A stretch of 64,000 bases of DNA from Candidatus Latescibacterota bacterium (GCA_965219995.1 CBDCOX010000002.1:4416001-4480000); one strand, 5' to 3'; shown: positions 38,719 to 49,235, numbered from the stretch's first letter. The notes: a model not told the origin generated them from the sequence alone. A program made the numbers and translations.

Positions 38719-40356
38719 TTACCATGCCACAGCATAGCCGTCCCGGCGCGGGTCCGACCCGCCAATGAGTGTGTTGGTTTCCGGGCGCATGCGGATGGCC
38801 TGTGCGCTGCCGGGGCCGTCCCAGTCACCCAGGATGCGGAGGTCGTGGCCCCGCCGGGAGAGGCCCTCGCGGACCTTTTTCGAAAACCTGCCCTCGAGTT
38901 GAAGGACGTCTTCGCAGGTATGCGGGACGGTGGATTCCATCGGGTTCTGCAGACTGCGCCATCGGGGCGCCTCTACAGCCTCCTGCGGGGTCATGCCGAA
39001 ATCCAGAATATGCGTGATGAGCTGGAGATTGGTCTGTACCTGGGTGTCGGCGCCGGGCGTGCCGCACACGAGCACCGCTTTGTCGCCTCTCGTTACAATG
39101 ACCGGGTTCATGGTATGGCGCACCCGTTTCCCGGGCATGAGGCAGTTGGGGTGGTCCTCTTCCAGGTGCCAGTACGTCATCCGGTTATTGAGGAGAATAC
39201 CCGTGTTTCCCGCGAGCAGGCCGGCGCCGAATCCGGACTGGATGGACTGCAGTACGCAGACGGCGTTTCCCCACCTGTCCGCCGTGCAGAAGCACGTGGT
39301 GTCCTCGTGCGACTCGGGCCTGCCTGGGGGGACGTCGGTGGCCGCGCGGTCCGGGTCGATGCGCCGCGCCTGTTCCTCCGCATAGGCCTTGGAAAGCAGG
39401 CCGCTGATCGGGATATCCAGCCAGTCCGGATCTGCGACGTAGGCTTCCCTGTCTGAAAACGCGAGCTTCTTGGCCTCCACCATCAGATGGACGCACTCGG
39501 CCGTGTTGCATCCGAGGGCCTGGAGATCGAATCGCTCCACGATATTGAGTTCCTGGAGCAGGATGTGGCCGCTGGAATTCGGCGGCATCTCATACACGGT
39601 GTGGCCGCGGTACGTGGTGTGGATGGGGTCAGCCCACCCGGCCCGGTGGTTCGCCAGGTCTTCCATGGCCAGCAGGCCGCCATGGGAACGGCTGAAGGCG
39701 ACAATGGCTTCCGCGAGTTCTCCCTCGTACAGGGCCGCCCGGCCTTCCGCGGCGATCCGGCGCAGCGTGGCGCCCAGGTCGTTCTGACGCAGGACGTCGC
39801 CAGCGGCGATGGGCCGGCCGTCCTTTGTAAACACGTCGCGGGTGAGAGGGTCCGAGGCGAAGTTCGCTGTCCAGGCGCGCAGGCTGCCGGACAATTTGTG
39901 GCTGACGGGAAATCCGTCTTCGCAGAGGGAGATGGCGGGTTCCAGGACCCGTTCGAGACCGAGAAGACCGTGGCGCTCGTGAGCGACGAGCCAGCCGTCC
40001 ACGAGGCCGGGGACGGAAACGCTCAGAATGCCCCTCATTGGAATTCCGCCGCGTTTCAGATAGAATTCCCTGGTGGCGGCGCGCGGCGCGGCGCCGGTTG
40101 CATTGACGGCCGAGACCTCGCCGGTATCGGCTTTGTATATCAGAAGATAGCCGTCGCCGCCCGCGCCCGACGCGGCGGGTTCGACCACGCCCAGCGCGGC
40201 GGCAGTGGCGACGGCGGCGTCGATGGCGTTGCCGCCGGCCATCAGCGCGGCGATGCCGGCCTGGGACGCCAGGGCATGGCCGGAAGCGACGAGTCCGTTG
40301 TTGCCCATCACCGCCGGGCGAAAAGCGTGGTGGCCGATGCCGTGAGGCGATTGCAT
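38719..40356 (-). CDS. ggt: Gamma-glutamyltransferase family (Ntn hydrolase)
   Basis: GGNAIDAAVA, EDTT nucleophile, PGKRVRHTMNP, GTPGAD, SDPRRDG. Confidence 0.88.
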   Translation of the reverse strand: MQSPHGIGHHAFRPAVMGNNGLVASGHALASQAGIAALMAGGNAIDAAVATAAALGVVEPAASGAGGDGYLLIYKADTGEVSAVNATGAAPRAATREFYLKRGGIPMRGILSVSVPGLVDGWLVAHERHGLLGLERVLEPAISLCEDGFPVSHKLSGSLRAWTANFASDPLTRDVFTKDGRPIAAGDVLRQNDLGATLRRIAAEGRAALYEGELAEAIVAFSRSHGGLLAMEDLANHRAGWADPIHTTYRGHTVYEMPPNSSGHILLQELNIVERFDLQALGCNTAECVHLMVEAKKLAFSDREAYVADPDWLDIPISGLLSKAYAEEQARRIDPDRAATDVPPGRPESHEDTTCFCTADRWGNAVCVLQSIQSGFGAGLLAGNTGILLNNRMTYWHLEEDHPNCLMPGKRVRHTMNPVIVTRGDKAVLVCGTPGADTQVQTNLQLITHILDFGMTPQEAVEAPRWRSLQNPMESTVPHTCEDVLQLEGRFSKKVREGLSRRGHDLRILGDWDGPGSAQAIRMRPETNTLIGGSDPRRDGYAVAW

Positions 40357-40371
40357 GGCGTTCTCCGTGAG

Positions 40372-41655
40372 TCAGTGCTGGAAACGGAACATCCGCGAAT
40401 AGGGCACCGGATCGAGGAACATGCCGCCGCTTTCCCGGTAGTAGTCCTCGTCGAGGACGAATGCGCCGGACCTGGGCGTGAGCCACGACGCGTCGGGAAT
40501 GGGATAATCGGTAAGCAATTCGGCCCAGTTGCCGTAGTTTTCGGGCCCGTTGGATTCGATCAGCCCGCCTCTGATTCCCGGGAATGCGGGCAGGCGGGCC
40601 GCGACGTTCTTGTTCCACTCCACCAGGAGGGGAATGCATCCGTTGTCGGCCACGAAGCACGACACCCCGGCCTCCGTCGCGGCGCGCACCATCCGGAACG
40701 CCAGCGATAGCGTCTTTCCCGCGGGCTTGATGGCAATCGCGCCGTACCCCTGGCTGGTCCGCGTGCGCACGTCCTCAACGATCTGCACGCTCTCGTCGGC
40801 CGCGAACCGGCCCGGAAGGTCGGCGACGTCGATCCCTTCGGGATTTCGAAACGGCTCTTCGATGATGAGGATGTGTTCGTGAATGCCGGCCTTGTGCGCG
40901 TGGTCCAGCAGGCGGGCCATGGAGTCCTTCTTCTCGTATCGTGCGTTTGCGTCGAGATAGTAGACGACGTTCCCGGAGTCCGTCATCGGCGTGTCGTACC
41001 GTGCGGCGAGGCCATGGATGCGGTCGAGCCACGCGATGTCCTTCCGCACCATATCGGACTCCTCGCCGGGTTGCCCGATCTTGATTTTCAGAATGTAGAC
41101 GCCCGTGTCCAGAATATCCCGCAGTTCGTCCATGGGCATTCCATAGCCAACGGCCGGGGCCACCGCGAGACGGGTCTGGCGGCTCGCAAGATACGGTCGG
41201 TACGCGCGAGGAATGAGATCGTCGAAGGTTTCGATCCCGTTGCGCTTTGCGTGGAGCAGCCACGCGGCGTTGTCCAGGGCCACGAGAGCGATGAGGGTGA
41301 AACTGAGCCGCAGGTTCGGATTGCCGGTGACGGTCCTGCCGTAGTCGTGAACCTCCGGGACGAGCTCCGAAAGCAGGGCGGGCGGGTCCGCGAATTCCCG
41401 GTCCACCGCCTGCTGAAGCGCGAATTCGAGAACCGCGGACATGAGGATATTGCCGCCAACTTCGGTATGGTTCGAAAACACGTCGGGGTCGGACCAGAGC
41501 ACGGCCGTGCCGCCCACACCCACCGCCTCGTTATCGTCTTCGTCTCTCAAGCGTACGACCAGGTTCCACTTCTCGTGGAAGGCCGCGCCCTTGAACGCGA
41601 ACGGCCTGGCGAAAGGCTGACGCTGCATTTCCAGGTCGGCGTGGACGATTCGCAT
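40372..41655 (-). CDS. Enolase superfamily enzyme (epimerase/dehydratase-like)
   Basis: KIKIG (KxK) and metal ligands LDAN, IEEP, ADES, plus AIKP. Confidence 0.78.
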   Translation of the reverse strand: MRIVHADLEMQRQPFARPFAFKGAAFHEKWNLVVRLRDEDDNEAVGVGGTAVLWSDPDVFSNHTEVGGNILMSAVLEFALQQAVDREFADPPALLSELVPEVHDYGRTVTGNPNLRLSFTLIALVALDNAAWLLHAKRNGIETFDDLIPRAYRPYLASRQTRLAVAPAVGYGMPMDELRDILDTGVYILKIKIGQPGEESDMVRKDIAWLDRIHGLAARYDTPMTDSGNVVYYLDANARYEKKDSMARLLDHAHKAGIHEHILIIEEPFRNPEGIDVADLPGRFAADESVQIVEDVRTRTSQGYGAIAIKPAGKTLSLAFRMVRAATEAGVSCFVADNGCIPLLVEWNKNVAARLPAFPGIRGGLIESNGPENYGNWAELLTDYPIPDASWLTPRSGAFVLDEDYYRESGGMFLDPVPYSRMFRFQH

Positions 41656-41662
41656 CCGAGCG

Positions 41663-42673
41663 TCAATCCCAGCGGGTGAGGTCCAGGAGGACGCCGAGCC
41701 AGGCGTCCTTTTCCTCCAGCAGGCCCCGGTAGGCCGCGGCGGCGCCGGAAGCCGGCAGGACGTGAGTGAGCAGGGGGGCGACCTTCAGGCGCTCCCGGGC
41801 GATGAAGTCCAGCATGAGATCGTCGGGGTCCGGATCGCCGAACTGCGCCGCGTCGACCTGCCTGGAGCCATGCGCGCCGATGAGGGACACGCCGGTGCGG
41901 TGAAGGTCGAAATAGAGGTCGACTTCGGCGCTACCCCGCGGGCTTCCCAGCAGGACGACCTGCCCCATCTGCGCCGCGGTCCGGATGGCCTGCGGGGCCA
42001 CGTCCGGATTGCCCGTGGCCTCGACCACGATCTGGCAACCCGCGCCGTTCGTCAAGGCATCGATGCGATCTCCAAGGCCCTCCGCGGCCGGGTTTATACA
42101 GGCCTCGACGCCGCAGGCCTTCGAGACGGACAGGCGTTCGGGTACGGTATCGATGCCGATGACCAGGCGTGCGCCCGAAAGCGCCATCAACTGCGCGGCC
42201 AGATTGCCGACGAGACCCTGGCCGAACACGGCGACCGTATGGCCGAGACGGATGCCGGACAGGCGCACGGCGGTAAGCGCGATCTTCGCCATGACCGCAA
42301 ACGGCGCCCGTTCGAGCGGCAGGTTCTCCGGGAGCTTGAGCAGAGACCGGCTTGAAGCGATCAGTGCGTGGGAGGCGTGCTTTCCCCGCACGTAGACCAG
42401 ATCGCCTTCGACCACGGTGTCCACGTCGCGGCCGGCAAGCAGTACGCGGCCGACGGACGCGTACCCCGGATAGAAGGGGTAGCTGGCGTAGGCAAAGTCC
42501 GCCAGCCGGAAGCCCACGTGCGTCTGCGTGAACATCGCCAGTTCCGTACCGGGGCTGATCAGGCCGTAGAGGTTTTGGACCAGGACTTCGCCGGGTCCCG
42601 GGGTGTCCCGGACCTCGACGTCGACGGTTTCCACCTTCTCTCTTTCAGGAAAAACAAGCTGTCTGACCTTCAT
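41663..42673 (-). CDS. MDR family (zinc-binding-like) alcohol dehydrogenase
   Basis: ISPGTE, YPGY, GQGLVG, VEATGNP. Confidence 0.85.
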   Translation of the reverse strand: MKVRQLVFPEREKVETVDVEVRDTPGPGEVLVQNLYGLISPGTELAMFTQTHVGFRLADFAYASYPFYPGYASVGRVLLAGRDVDTVVEGDLVYVRGKHASHALIASSRSLLKLPENLPLERAPFAVMAKIALTAVRLSGIRLGHTVAVFGQGLVGNLAAQLMALSGARLVIGIDTVPERLSVSKACGVEACINPAAEGLGDRIDALTNGAGCQIVVEATGNPDVAPQAIRTAAQMGQVVLLGSPRGSAEVDLYFDLHRTGVSLIGAHGSRQVDAAQFGDPDPDDLMLDFIARERLKVAPLLTHVLPASGAAAAYRGLLEEKDAWLGVLLDLTRWD

Positions 42674-42746
42674 AACGAATCCTCAATGATTCGCGCACGG
42701 GCAACCGCGCCCGGGTTCCAGGGCTCGCTGGCGGATCGCTCCCGCG

Positions 42747-44099
42747 TCAGTGTCCCAGTCCGAACCCGGTCAGGCGGGATGTATCCACAACCCCGTCGGT
42801 GATGTCGAAGGCTTCGGGAAACCGGTCCGCCCAGACACCGTTCGCATCCGGGCAATACTGACGCGCGTTGCCCTCGATGGCCGTCACCGAGGGGACGCGC
42901 GCGGCCAGGCCCGCGGAGTGAAGAAACGAGGCCCCCGGACAGGTGAGGTCCTGGACGCAGAGAAACATGCCGTGTTTTTCGGCGGCGGCGCCCATCAACA
43001 GGGCCTGCGACTGCCCCTTGCAGGTCTTGAGCGCCACGCCGGAATAGCCGAGGTCGCGGGCCAACAGCAGGCTCTCGAAATCCTCGAGGGACTCGTCGAT
43101 CACAACGGGCCGGATTCTGGCGGCTTCGTGCATCCTGTTTCCCGGGTTGGCGCGAAGGTCGCGCGCCGTGGGCTGCTCGATGTAGGCCACGCGTTCGAGG
43201 GCGCCGCCGCTTCTTTCCTGTATCTTTGCCAGGAAGTCCAGGAGGTAGCCCACGTCGCGGCATTGTTCGTTGAAATCGAGGGAGTATGCCCAGTCGGAAA
43301 CGGCGCGTTCGGCCTGTGTCTGGGAGGTGACGGCGTGGATGTCGCAGACGCGGTCCACGTCCCAGTCGAGGTCGTCGCCGTTGAGTTTGATTTTGAGGTG
43401 GGTGAGGCCGTCCGCGCGGATCCATTCAGGCAGGGTCTCGGGCAGGCCGTCGTCCACGCGCTGATCGACGTCGGCGTCCGCGAGCGGGTCCAGGGCGCCC
43501 ACGAGGTGGTACAGCGGCATTCGCGGCGTGGGGTTCCGGAGGGTATACCGGTCCAGGTATTCGCCGCTGAAGTCCTCGTTGAGATAACGGGCCAGGTCGT
43601 GGTTCATCCACCGGTCGGACAGGCCGTCGTACGCGTTGATCCGGTTGGCCTTACCGAAGGCGTCGTGCAGCGCGGCGTCGATCGGGCTGGCGGTAACCAG
43701 GGTGCAGAGTTTGGGAACCGGCTCCGCAAGGTCCAGGTCCGCGCCGGTTTCCGCGGCAAGTTCGAGAAACCGCAATTCCAGGTCCACCATGATGTCGACG
43801 GGATGACCGCTATCGCCGTAGGTGCGGGTGTACGCGACCATGCGTTCGCCGAGTTGGACCATCGCCCGCATCGTATCGTCGAAGCCGACGGTCTGAGAGG
43901 GAAAGGACCAGGCGTTCCCCAGCGGCATGGACCCGAAACCGGACGCCCGCGCGCCGGCGCCGTTCTCCACGTCGACGGTCACGTTCATCAGTTTGCAATG
44001 CGTGGTGACCACGCCGCCGAATTTCAGCGGGGTACGGTAGGGGTATGCCTCGAAGTCGAGTTCGACGTTGAGGATGCGGATATCGGAAGGCTTTGGCAT
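42747..44099 (-). CDS. Mandelate racemase/enolase superfamily enzyme
   Basis: YRTPLKFGG, HLKIKL, LDFNE, IEQP, IDES, ALKTCKG; ATG 44099 with GGAG RBS. Confidence 0.8.
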   Translation of the reverse strand: MPKPSDIRILNVELDFEAYPYRTPLKFGGVVTTHCKLMNVTVDVENGAGARASGFGSMPLGNAWSFPSQTVGFDDTMRAMVQLGERMVAYTRTYGDSGHPVDIMVDLELRFLELAAETGADLDLAEPVPKLCTLVTASPIDAALHDAFGKANRINAYDGLSDRWMNHDLARYLNEDFSGEYLDRYTLRNPTPRMPLYHLVGALDPLADADVDQRVDDGLPETLPEWIRADGLTHLKIKLNGDDLDWDVDRVCDIHAVTSQTQAERAVSDWAYSLDFNEQCRDVGYLLDFLAKIQERSGGALERVAYIEQPTARDLRANPGNRMHEAARIRPVVIDESLEDFESLLLARDLGYSGVALKTCKGQSQALLMGAAAEKHGMFLCVQDLTCPGASFLHSAGLAARVPSVTAIEGNARQYCPDANGVWADRFPEAFDITDGVVDTSRLTGFGLGH

Positions 44100-44121
44100 T
44101 GTCGCTCCGTTCTGCGGGTCC

Positions 44122-46806
44122 CTATCCGCCCAGCTGCCGTTCCACCCCTGCCTTGAGGGCGGCATCGATGCGTGCAGCGCTCTCCTCCAGGTGGGCGCGG
44201 GTGTGGCGGTCCAGTCCGTTGGGGGAAAGAGCGTTCCGGATCGCGGTCTTCAGTACCACAAGGTCGGCGCGGGCAAGGGAAGTGGCATCGGCAGGCGCGT
44301 CGCGGGGCGGCTTTACGACCAGAACGACAACGCGGTCCAGGTGCAGGCGCTGAAGGTTTCTCCGGAAGCTGTTGATGTTGCTTCCGGAATCCAGCTCGGC
44401 CCAGATGGCCTCCCGGAGGCCGTCGAAGAGTTCCGGCATTCCGAATACGTCGCCCCGAGCCCAGAGTCCCACGTCCTGCATCCGGCCCAGCAGCAGCGGA
44501 TGATACAGCGCACTCAGGGGGCCGCGCTGGATGCTCAGAATCCGGCTGTGGATCGGATAGTCCAGCCGCTGCATGCGCCAGACCGCGCCGGTAAAGCCCC
44601 AGAGGCGTTCCGGCGCGAGTTTCCGCATCAACCCGGGCGGAAACTCGAAGGCGTCCGGGCCGAAGATGTGAGTTTTCAGAAACTCGAACGCCTCCCGCTG
44701 CCTGGCGGCATCGACCGGTTCGAACGGCAGCCGGTTTCCGGGGTCGCCCACGTGGTCGCGCCGGTGGTGGATGCCGCCGATGTATTTGGTGACGTTCCGG
44801 GCGGCGAGGAAGTACTCCGTCAGGCCCTGACCGAACACTCTACGCAGCTTCTGATACCGCCTTCCGGAAACCTCGAACTCGCCCTCCATTTTTCGCCAGA
44901 GTTCCTTCGCCAGCGCGATCCGATTGCGGTGGAACGCCAGTGGGTCCGCGCCCAGGTCCCAGCGATTGACCGTTGGATCGATGCCACGGGGCGCGCCGAA
45001 CGCGTCTTCATCCGTGCCGTACGCGACCCGGGGATCCGCGACCTTGGACGCGATTTTGTCCAGTTCTTCCCGTTCCGCTTCGGGATCTTCCGCGTCGATC
45101 GGCTTGTAGGCGTATTCGATCGCCCATTTGTCGTAGGGTCCGAGTATTACGGGGAAATAGTGGCCCTGCTTTTCTCCCTCCGCCGCGATATTCGGCGGCA
45201 GGTAATCCATCACCGAACTGGACAGGTCCTTTACGGTGTCCTTGTCCTGAAGGCGTGCCGCGGGATGCAGTGTGCTGGCCCTGAAGTTGTGGCGCAGGCC
45301 CAGGGTGTGCCCCATTTCGTGCGCGGCGATCATGGTCAGATAGTCGTTGATGAACTCCTGGCCCTCCTTCCCGGCCAGATCGATTTCTCCCCGGGCAGCC
45401 AGCAGATTTCCCGCGAAGGCGGCCTGGTGGGCGGCGCCGTCGGCGTAGTCGCAGAATCCGCGCCAATAGTGCCGCGTTCGATCCTGCGCCGGCAATGGGC
45501 CGCCGCCATCGGATACGGGATCCACGAATTCCTCGTATTCGCGGAACATCACACGCGGAAAGTCCGCGCTGAAGCGGATGCTTGCGTGCAACAGTTCGCC
45601 GGTGAGCGGGTTGGCGCGGGAGGGTCCCTGGGCATATATTCTGCGTGGATTCACGAACCAGCGGACCATGTTGTAGCGCGCGTCTGCGGCATCCCATTCC
45701 GCGTCGTCCGGCTGCTGCCTGACCACGATCGCGTCCTTGAAACCGATTCGCTCGAAGGCCTCATTCCACATCAGGAGGCCCTTTTTCAGGGCTTCCCGGT
45801 ATTTCACGGGGACCGTCTTTTCCAGCCAGAAGACAATCGGATCTCTGGGTTTCGAGAGTCTTTCGCGCGAATTCTTTTTCTCCAGGTGCCATCGTTCCAC
45901 GTACCGCGTGTAGGGAGTCTCCTTCTGAACCGTGCTGTAATCCTGGTACATGGTGAGAAAGTGGCCCACCCGGTCGTCTCCCAGCCTGGGTCGGTAGCTC
46001 GTCCGCGGCAGAGTGGAAAGGCTATAGTGGTAGACGTGCTGAAAACTGCGCGGGTCGGGGAAGGTGTAGGCCTCGAATTCGGGGGTGGCCGTATTGAAGT
46101 GCAGGACCACTTCGATTTCCGTGTTCAGCGGAAAGGACTTCACCTTTCCGAAGTAGCTGTTCTTGCCGTCGAACCGGTACTTCACCTTGCTGTTTCTGAA
46201 CGCCGCCGCCACCATCGCCAGATCCTGAATGAAGAAGCCGCCTGCGTCTACAAGGATGCTCTTTCGTTCCGGATGGGGTTCGCTGTCTACGATTTTCGCG
46301 ACGCTGAGGATGGAATTCGTGACGCTCCGCTCTAATGCACCCGTGATCGGTGCGTCTTCATCCGCCCGGAAGTAGACGTTCTTGTGAAGGAACTGCACGT
46401 TCTTTCCCACGCGTTTGAGAACAAAGGGAAAGCCGTAGTTCATGAAACTGGGAATCAGGGCCGTGGCGTCGAAGAAATAGCCGTCGGCCGCCTCGCGCGT
46501 GACCGCGCACAGAAAGAGCCTGTCGAACTGCCTGGGCCTGATCTCCATGTAGACCTTGGCCTCGTCGTCCTTGCGATAGACCGTAAAGAGACCCGGGACG
46601 ACTTCGAAGTCCTTTGTGACGTCCTCGAAGGTCTTCTTCTTTTTCTTCTTGTCCTTTTTCGCGGTCGTGTCCGCTTTTGTCTCTGTGGCCTTGACTTTCG
46701 CGGTATCCGCCGACGTGGTGTCGGGTCCGGCTTCTTCCGCATGGACGGTTACGGCCAATATGGAGGCGAAGAAGATCTGGGTGAACGTGACGATCAGCGG
46801 TCGCAT
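44122..46806 (-). CDS. Secreted Met-zincin zinc metalloprotease (DUF5117/DUF4953 type)
   Basis: Signal peptide; HEMGHTLGLRHNF, Met-turn SSVMDY, GPYDKWAIEYAY. Confidence 0.88.
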   Translation of the reverse strand: MRPLIVTFTQIFFASILAVTVHAEEAGPDTTSADTAKVKATETKADTTAKKDKKKKKKTFEDVTKDFEVVPGLFTVYRKDDEAKVYMEIRPRQFDRLFLCAVTREAADGYFFDATALIPSFMNYGFPFVLKRVGKNVQFLHKNVYFRADEDAPITGALERSVTNSILSVAKIVDSEPHPERKSILVDAGGFFIQDLAMVAAAFRNSKVKYRFDGKNSYFGKVKSFPLNTEIEVVLHFNTATPEFEAYTFPDPRSFQHVYHYSLSTLPRTSYRPRLGDDRVGHFLTMYQDYSTVQKETPYTRYVERWHLEKKNSRERLSKPRDPIVFWLEKTVPVKYREALKKGLLMWNEAFERIGFKDAIVVRQQPDDAEWDAADARYNMVRWFVNPRRIYAQGPSRANPLTGELLHASIRFSADFPRVMFREYEEFVDPVSDGGGPLPAQDRTRHYWRGFCDYADGAAHQAAFAGNLLAARGEIDLAGKEGQEFINDYLTMIAAHEMGHTLGLRHNFRASTLHPAARLQDKDTVKDLSSSVMDYLPPNIAAEGEKQGHYFPVILGPYDKWAIEYAYKPIDAEDPEAEREELDKIASKVADPRVAYGTDEDAFGAPRGIDPTVNRWDLGADPLAFHRNRIALAKELWRKMEGEFEVSGRRYQKLRRVFGQGLTEYFLAARNVTKYIGGIHHRRDHVGDPGNRLPFEPVDAARQREAFEFLKTHIFGPDAFEFPPGLMRKLAPERLWGFTGAVWRMQRLDYPIHSRILSIQRGPLSALYHPLLLGRMQDVGLWARGDVFGMPELFDGLREAIWAELDSGSNINSFRRNLQRLHLDRVVVLVVKPPRDAPADATSLARADLVVLKTAIRNALSPNGLDRHTRAHLEESAARIDAALKAGVERQLGG

Positions 46807-46909
46807 CCTGTCCTCCTGGCGGTTTATATATTTCCCCGACACCAAATCGGGTGTGGCTCGAGCGTCTGTCATCGGGACCGCGCTCCGCAATTCGCGAGGT
46901 GATTCCGGT

Positions 46910-47383
46910 TTATCCCGGGCGGGCCGACCACAGCCTCAGCATGACCCGCACGGCAAGGCCGGTAATGCACCCCGCTGCGGCGGCCGAGAATACCACCCAT
47001 CCGCCCTCCAGCAACACAAGCAATACAGCGCTGATGCCGAGCGAAAGCCCCCAGAAGAGACCCGCGCCGAGGCTCCAGTCCAGAAGCACCCACACCAGGC
47101 CGACGCCCATGGCCGCGGGTATGGCCGCGACGAACCCGATGATCACCCCGTCGAACGGACCCCAGTAGACCCCCGCGCCGGCGCCAAGCCCCAGCACCAT
47201 GCCAACGCCCGTGCTGATGTCGCTGCCCATCCCCACGATCAACCCCAGCGCCAGACCCCAGCCCAGCCCCAGCCCCGCGGCGTGTTGCCAGCCCGGCTGC
47301 CCGACCATAAAGTGCGAAAACGGTCCCATCAGGACAAAGGCCACGCCGAAAACGAACCCCCCATGGATGACTTTCCGCAACAC
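46910..47383 (-). CDS. Glycine-rich membrane protein
   Basis: Several GxxxG-rich hydrophobic helices; AGGAG RBS. Confidence 0.6.
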   Translation of the reverse strand: MLRKVIHGGFVFGVAFVLMGPFSHFMVGQPGWQHAAGLGLGWGLALGLIVGMGSDISTGVGMVLGLGAGAGVYWGPFDGVIIGFVAAIPAAMGVGLVWVLLDWSLGAGLFWGLSLGISAVLLVLLEGGWVVFSAAAAGCITGLAVRVMLRLWSARPG

Positions 47384-47446
47384 CGCTGCTCCTGGCTCGT
47401 GTCTTCGGTTTCCGGTGCGGCTATGATCGGCCGATCGCCGACACTG

Positions 47447-47839
47447 TCATGCCGGGGACACCGGTTCGACCAGGTCGTCCATCGACACGTCGAGCGCGGC
47501 GGCGAGTCTGCGAAACAGGTCGAGCGCGCCGGCTTTGTGCCCGTTTTCGATCTGTGACAGGTAACCCCTGGAAACGCCTGCCTGCGCTGCCAGGGAGGCC
47601 AGCGTCAGCCCTCGGTGCTTCCGCCACGCACGCAACGGCGATCCGCCGTTCAGTATGGCCTTAACGACGTCGCCGGGAACCGTATCGCCTGCAGCATCGT
47701 CTGCCCATGCCCTGTCGATGGCCGCGGAATCATCCGCGTCTTCGAGCGCTGCCGCCATCCGGCGGTACGCCTCGATCGGAACAACCGCGTATTCGGGCGC
47801 CCCGTCCTTTACGATGATTTGCACCTGCTGTTCGTTCAT
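47447..47839 (-). CDS. XRE HTH antitoxin (HigA-like)
   Basis: QIIVKDGAPEYAVVP N-terminus; PLRAWRKHRGLT...GVSRGYLSQIENG HTH. Confidence 0.85.
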   Translation of the reverse strand: MNEQQVQIIVKDGAPEYAVVPIEAYRRMAAALEDADDSAAIDRAWADDAAGDTVPGDVVKAILNGGSPLRAWRKHRGLTLASLAAQAGVSRGYLSQIENGHKAGALDLFRRLAAALDVSMDDLVEPVSPA

Positions 47840-47949
47840 CGGTAAATCTGCCCCCTCGTTTCAACTTTCGCGACCAGCAGTACCCTTTGTTCGTCGTTGA
47901 TCGTGTAAATCACGCGCCAGTCACCCAACCTTAGCCGAAAGTCGCGGTC
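47836..47949 (-). pseudogene. 5'-truncated RelE/ParE family toxin
   Basis: Minus frame DRDFRLRLGDWRVIYTINDEQRVLLVAKVETRGQIYR then TGA overlapping the antitoxin ATG; N-terminal half absent. Confidence 0.8.
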
Positions 47950-49235
47950 TAATCGGCCTGCAAAACCGTGTCGATGGCGGCGCGGACGATCTTCTCCGAC
48001 TTCCCGGACACGAAGGCGTCCACGGGCTCGTATCCGCCCTCGTCAAAGGACGTTTCCATCGTAATGTATCCCGTTCCCAGGTCTCCGTATCCCGCCACGG
48101 CGACGAAGGCGTCCGGCCGGCTCTCCTGAGCGTGCAACTGGTATTCGATGAAGATCTCCCCGGGCAGATTGACCACCGCCACCGCATCGTTCAGGTGCAT
48201 ACAGGTGAAGGGGATGGGCCGTTCCCGTCGCCGGACGTACGTCAGCATGAGGGCGGTCTTGCTGTGCACCTTGTCGCCTATACGGGTTGACGCGATCTGC
48301 CCCAGCAGGTTTTCCTCGACGAGGTCCTCTCTCGGGGGCAGCCGCACGGGCTCGACCGTCCAGCGTATCCCCTCCAGCGCCTGTCGCTTACTGCCCTGTT
48401 CAGACTCCACCATGGCGGAATGGATGCGCCCGGTAAATAGCTCGCGGTTGTCGGACACGCCGTCGTTGTATTTGCCCGCGGTAACGTTGCCCGCGCACCC
48501 GGTGAAGTAGATGTGCGGCACCCCGCTTTCTGTCGTGCGGCGGTTGCGGGCCAGGCCGACGAACTCGGGCGTGACCAGCCCGGTACCATCCATGCTGGTT
48601 GGATGCGTGGCATAGTAATGAACGAGGGCCAGCGGCTTATCCTGGTTATAATAGCCGATCGTCTTGAGCATGGGGTCGATGACGCCCTCCGGAGCGGCCC
48701 GCACCTCCGGATCGGGCGTCTTGGTCCAGCGCACAGCGGCCACCTTCCCGTCCGGCCCCATGACCCGCCTGTTGGAGGCAATCCTGTCGACTCGGGCTTC
48801 GCCTGTCGAAACATGCGTGCAGGGCTGCAGCCGGTCCATGGCCTCGCCCGCTGCCGCTGCCGCCTGCGTGCGAACGCGTTCGGCCCAGTCTCCGGCCATG
48901 ATGACATCGGTATGGCCGTACGAATCGAGAATATGCTGCGCATCTCGGTCAGGCCAGGGTGTATCGTGGGCGTGGGTGCAGTGCACGGCCACGCGGTCCG
49001 CCCCCGTGCCCACGGCAATGGCCAGCGCTTCGCGCCATCGGTCGTAGTCGCCGTTGCTCAGTTCCGCCCAGTCCAGTGCGCACAGGACGATTGGCGGCTG
49101 GTCGTCCGGTACGATCACGAGCCCCAGCGCGGAAAGCGGGTCCAGGATGCCTTTGGCGGAAGGATACCATCCCGCGCAAAGCGGATGCCCCAGCGGCGGC
49201 GTCACGTCGGATTGAAAGGTGGCGATCCGGGTCAT
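47949..49235 (-). CDS. Neutral/alkaline-ceramidase-like hydrolase
   Basis: DVTPPLG, HCTHAH, YYATHP, GCAGNV, LPGEIFIEY, GGYE. Confidence 0.7.
   Translation of the reverse strand: MTRIATFQSDVTPPLGHPLCAGWYPSAKGILDPLSALGLVIVPDDQPPIVLCALDWAELSNGDYDRWREALAIAVGTGADRVAVHCTHAHDTPWPDRDAQHILDSYGHTDVIMAGDWAERVRTQAAAAAGEAMDRLQPCTHVSTGEARVDRIASNRRVMGPDGKVAAVRWTKTPDPEVRAAPEGVIDPMLKTIGYYNQDKPLALVHYYATHPTSMDGTGLVTPEFVGLARNRRTTESGVPHIYFTGCAGNVTAGKYNDGVSDNRELFTGRIHSAMVESEQGSKRQALEGIRWTVEPVRLPPREDLVEENLLGQIASTRIGDKVHSKTALMLTYVRRRERPIPFTCMHLNDAVAVVNLPGEIFIEYQLHAQESRPDAFVAVAGYGDLGTGYITMETSFDEGGYEPVDAFVSGKSEKIVRAAIDTVLQAD

Noticed and set aside
44068-46335. 755-aa plus-strand ORF
   Set aside because: Antisense shadow of the Met-zincin gene
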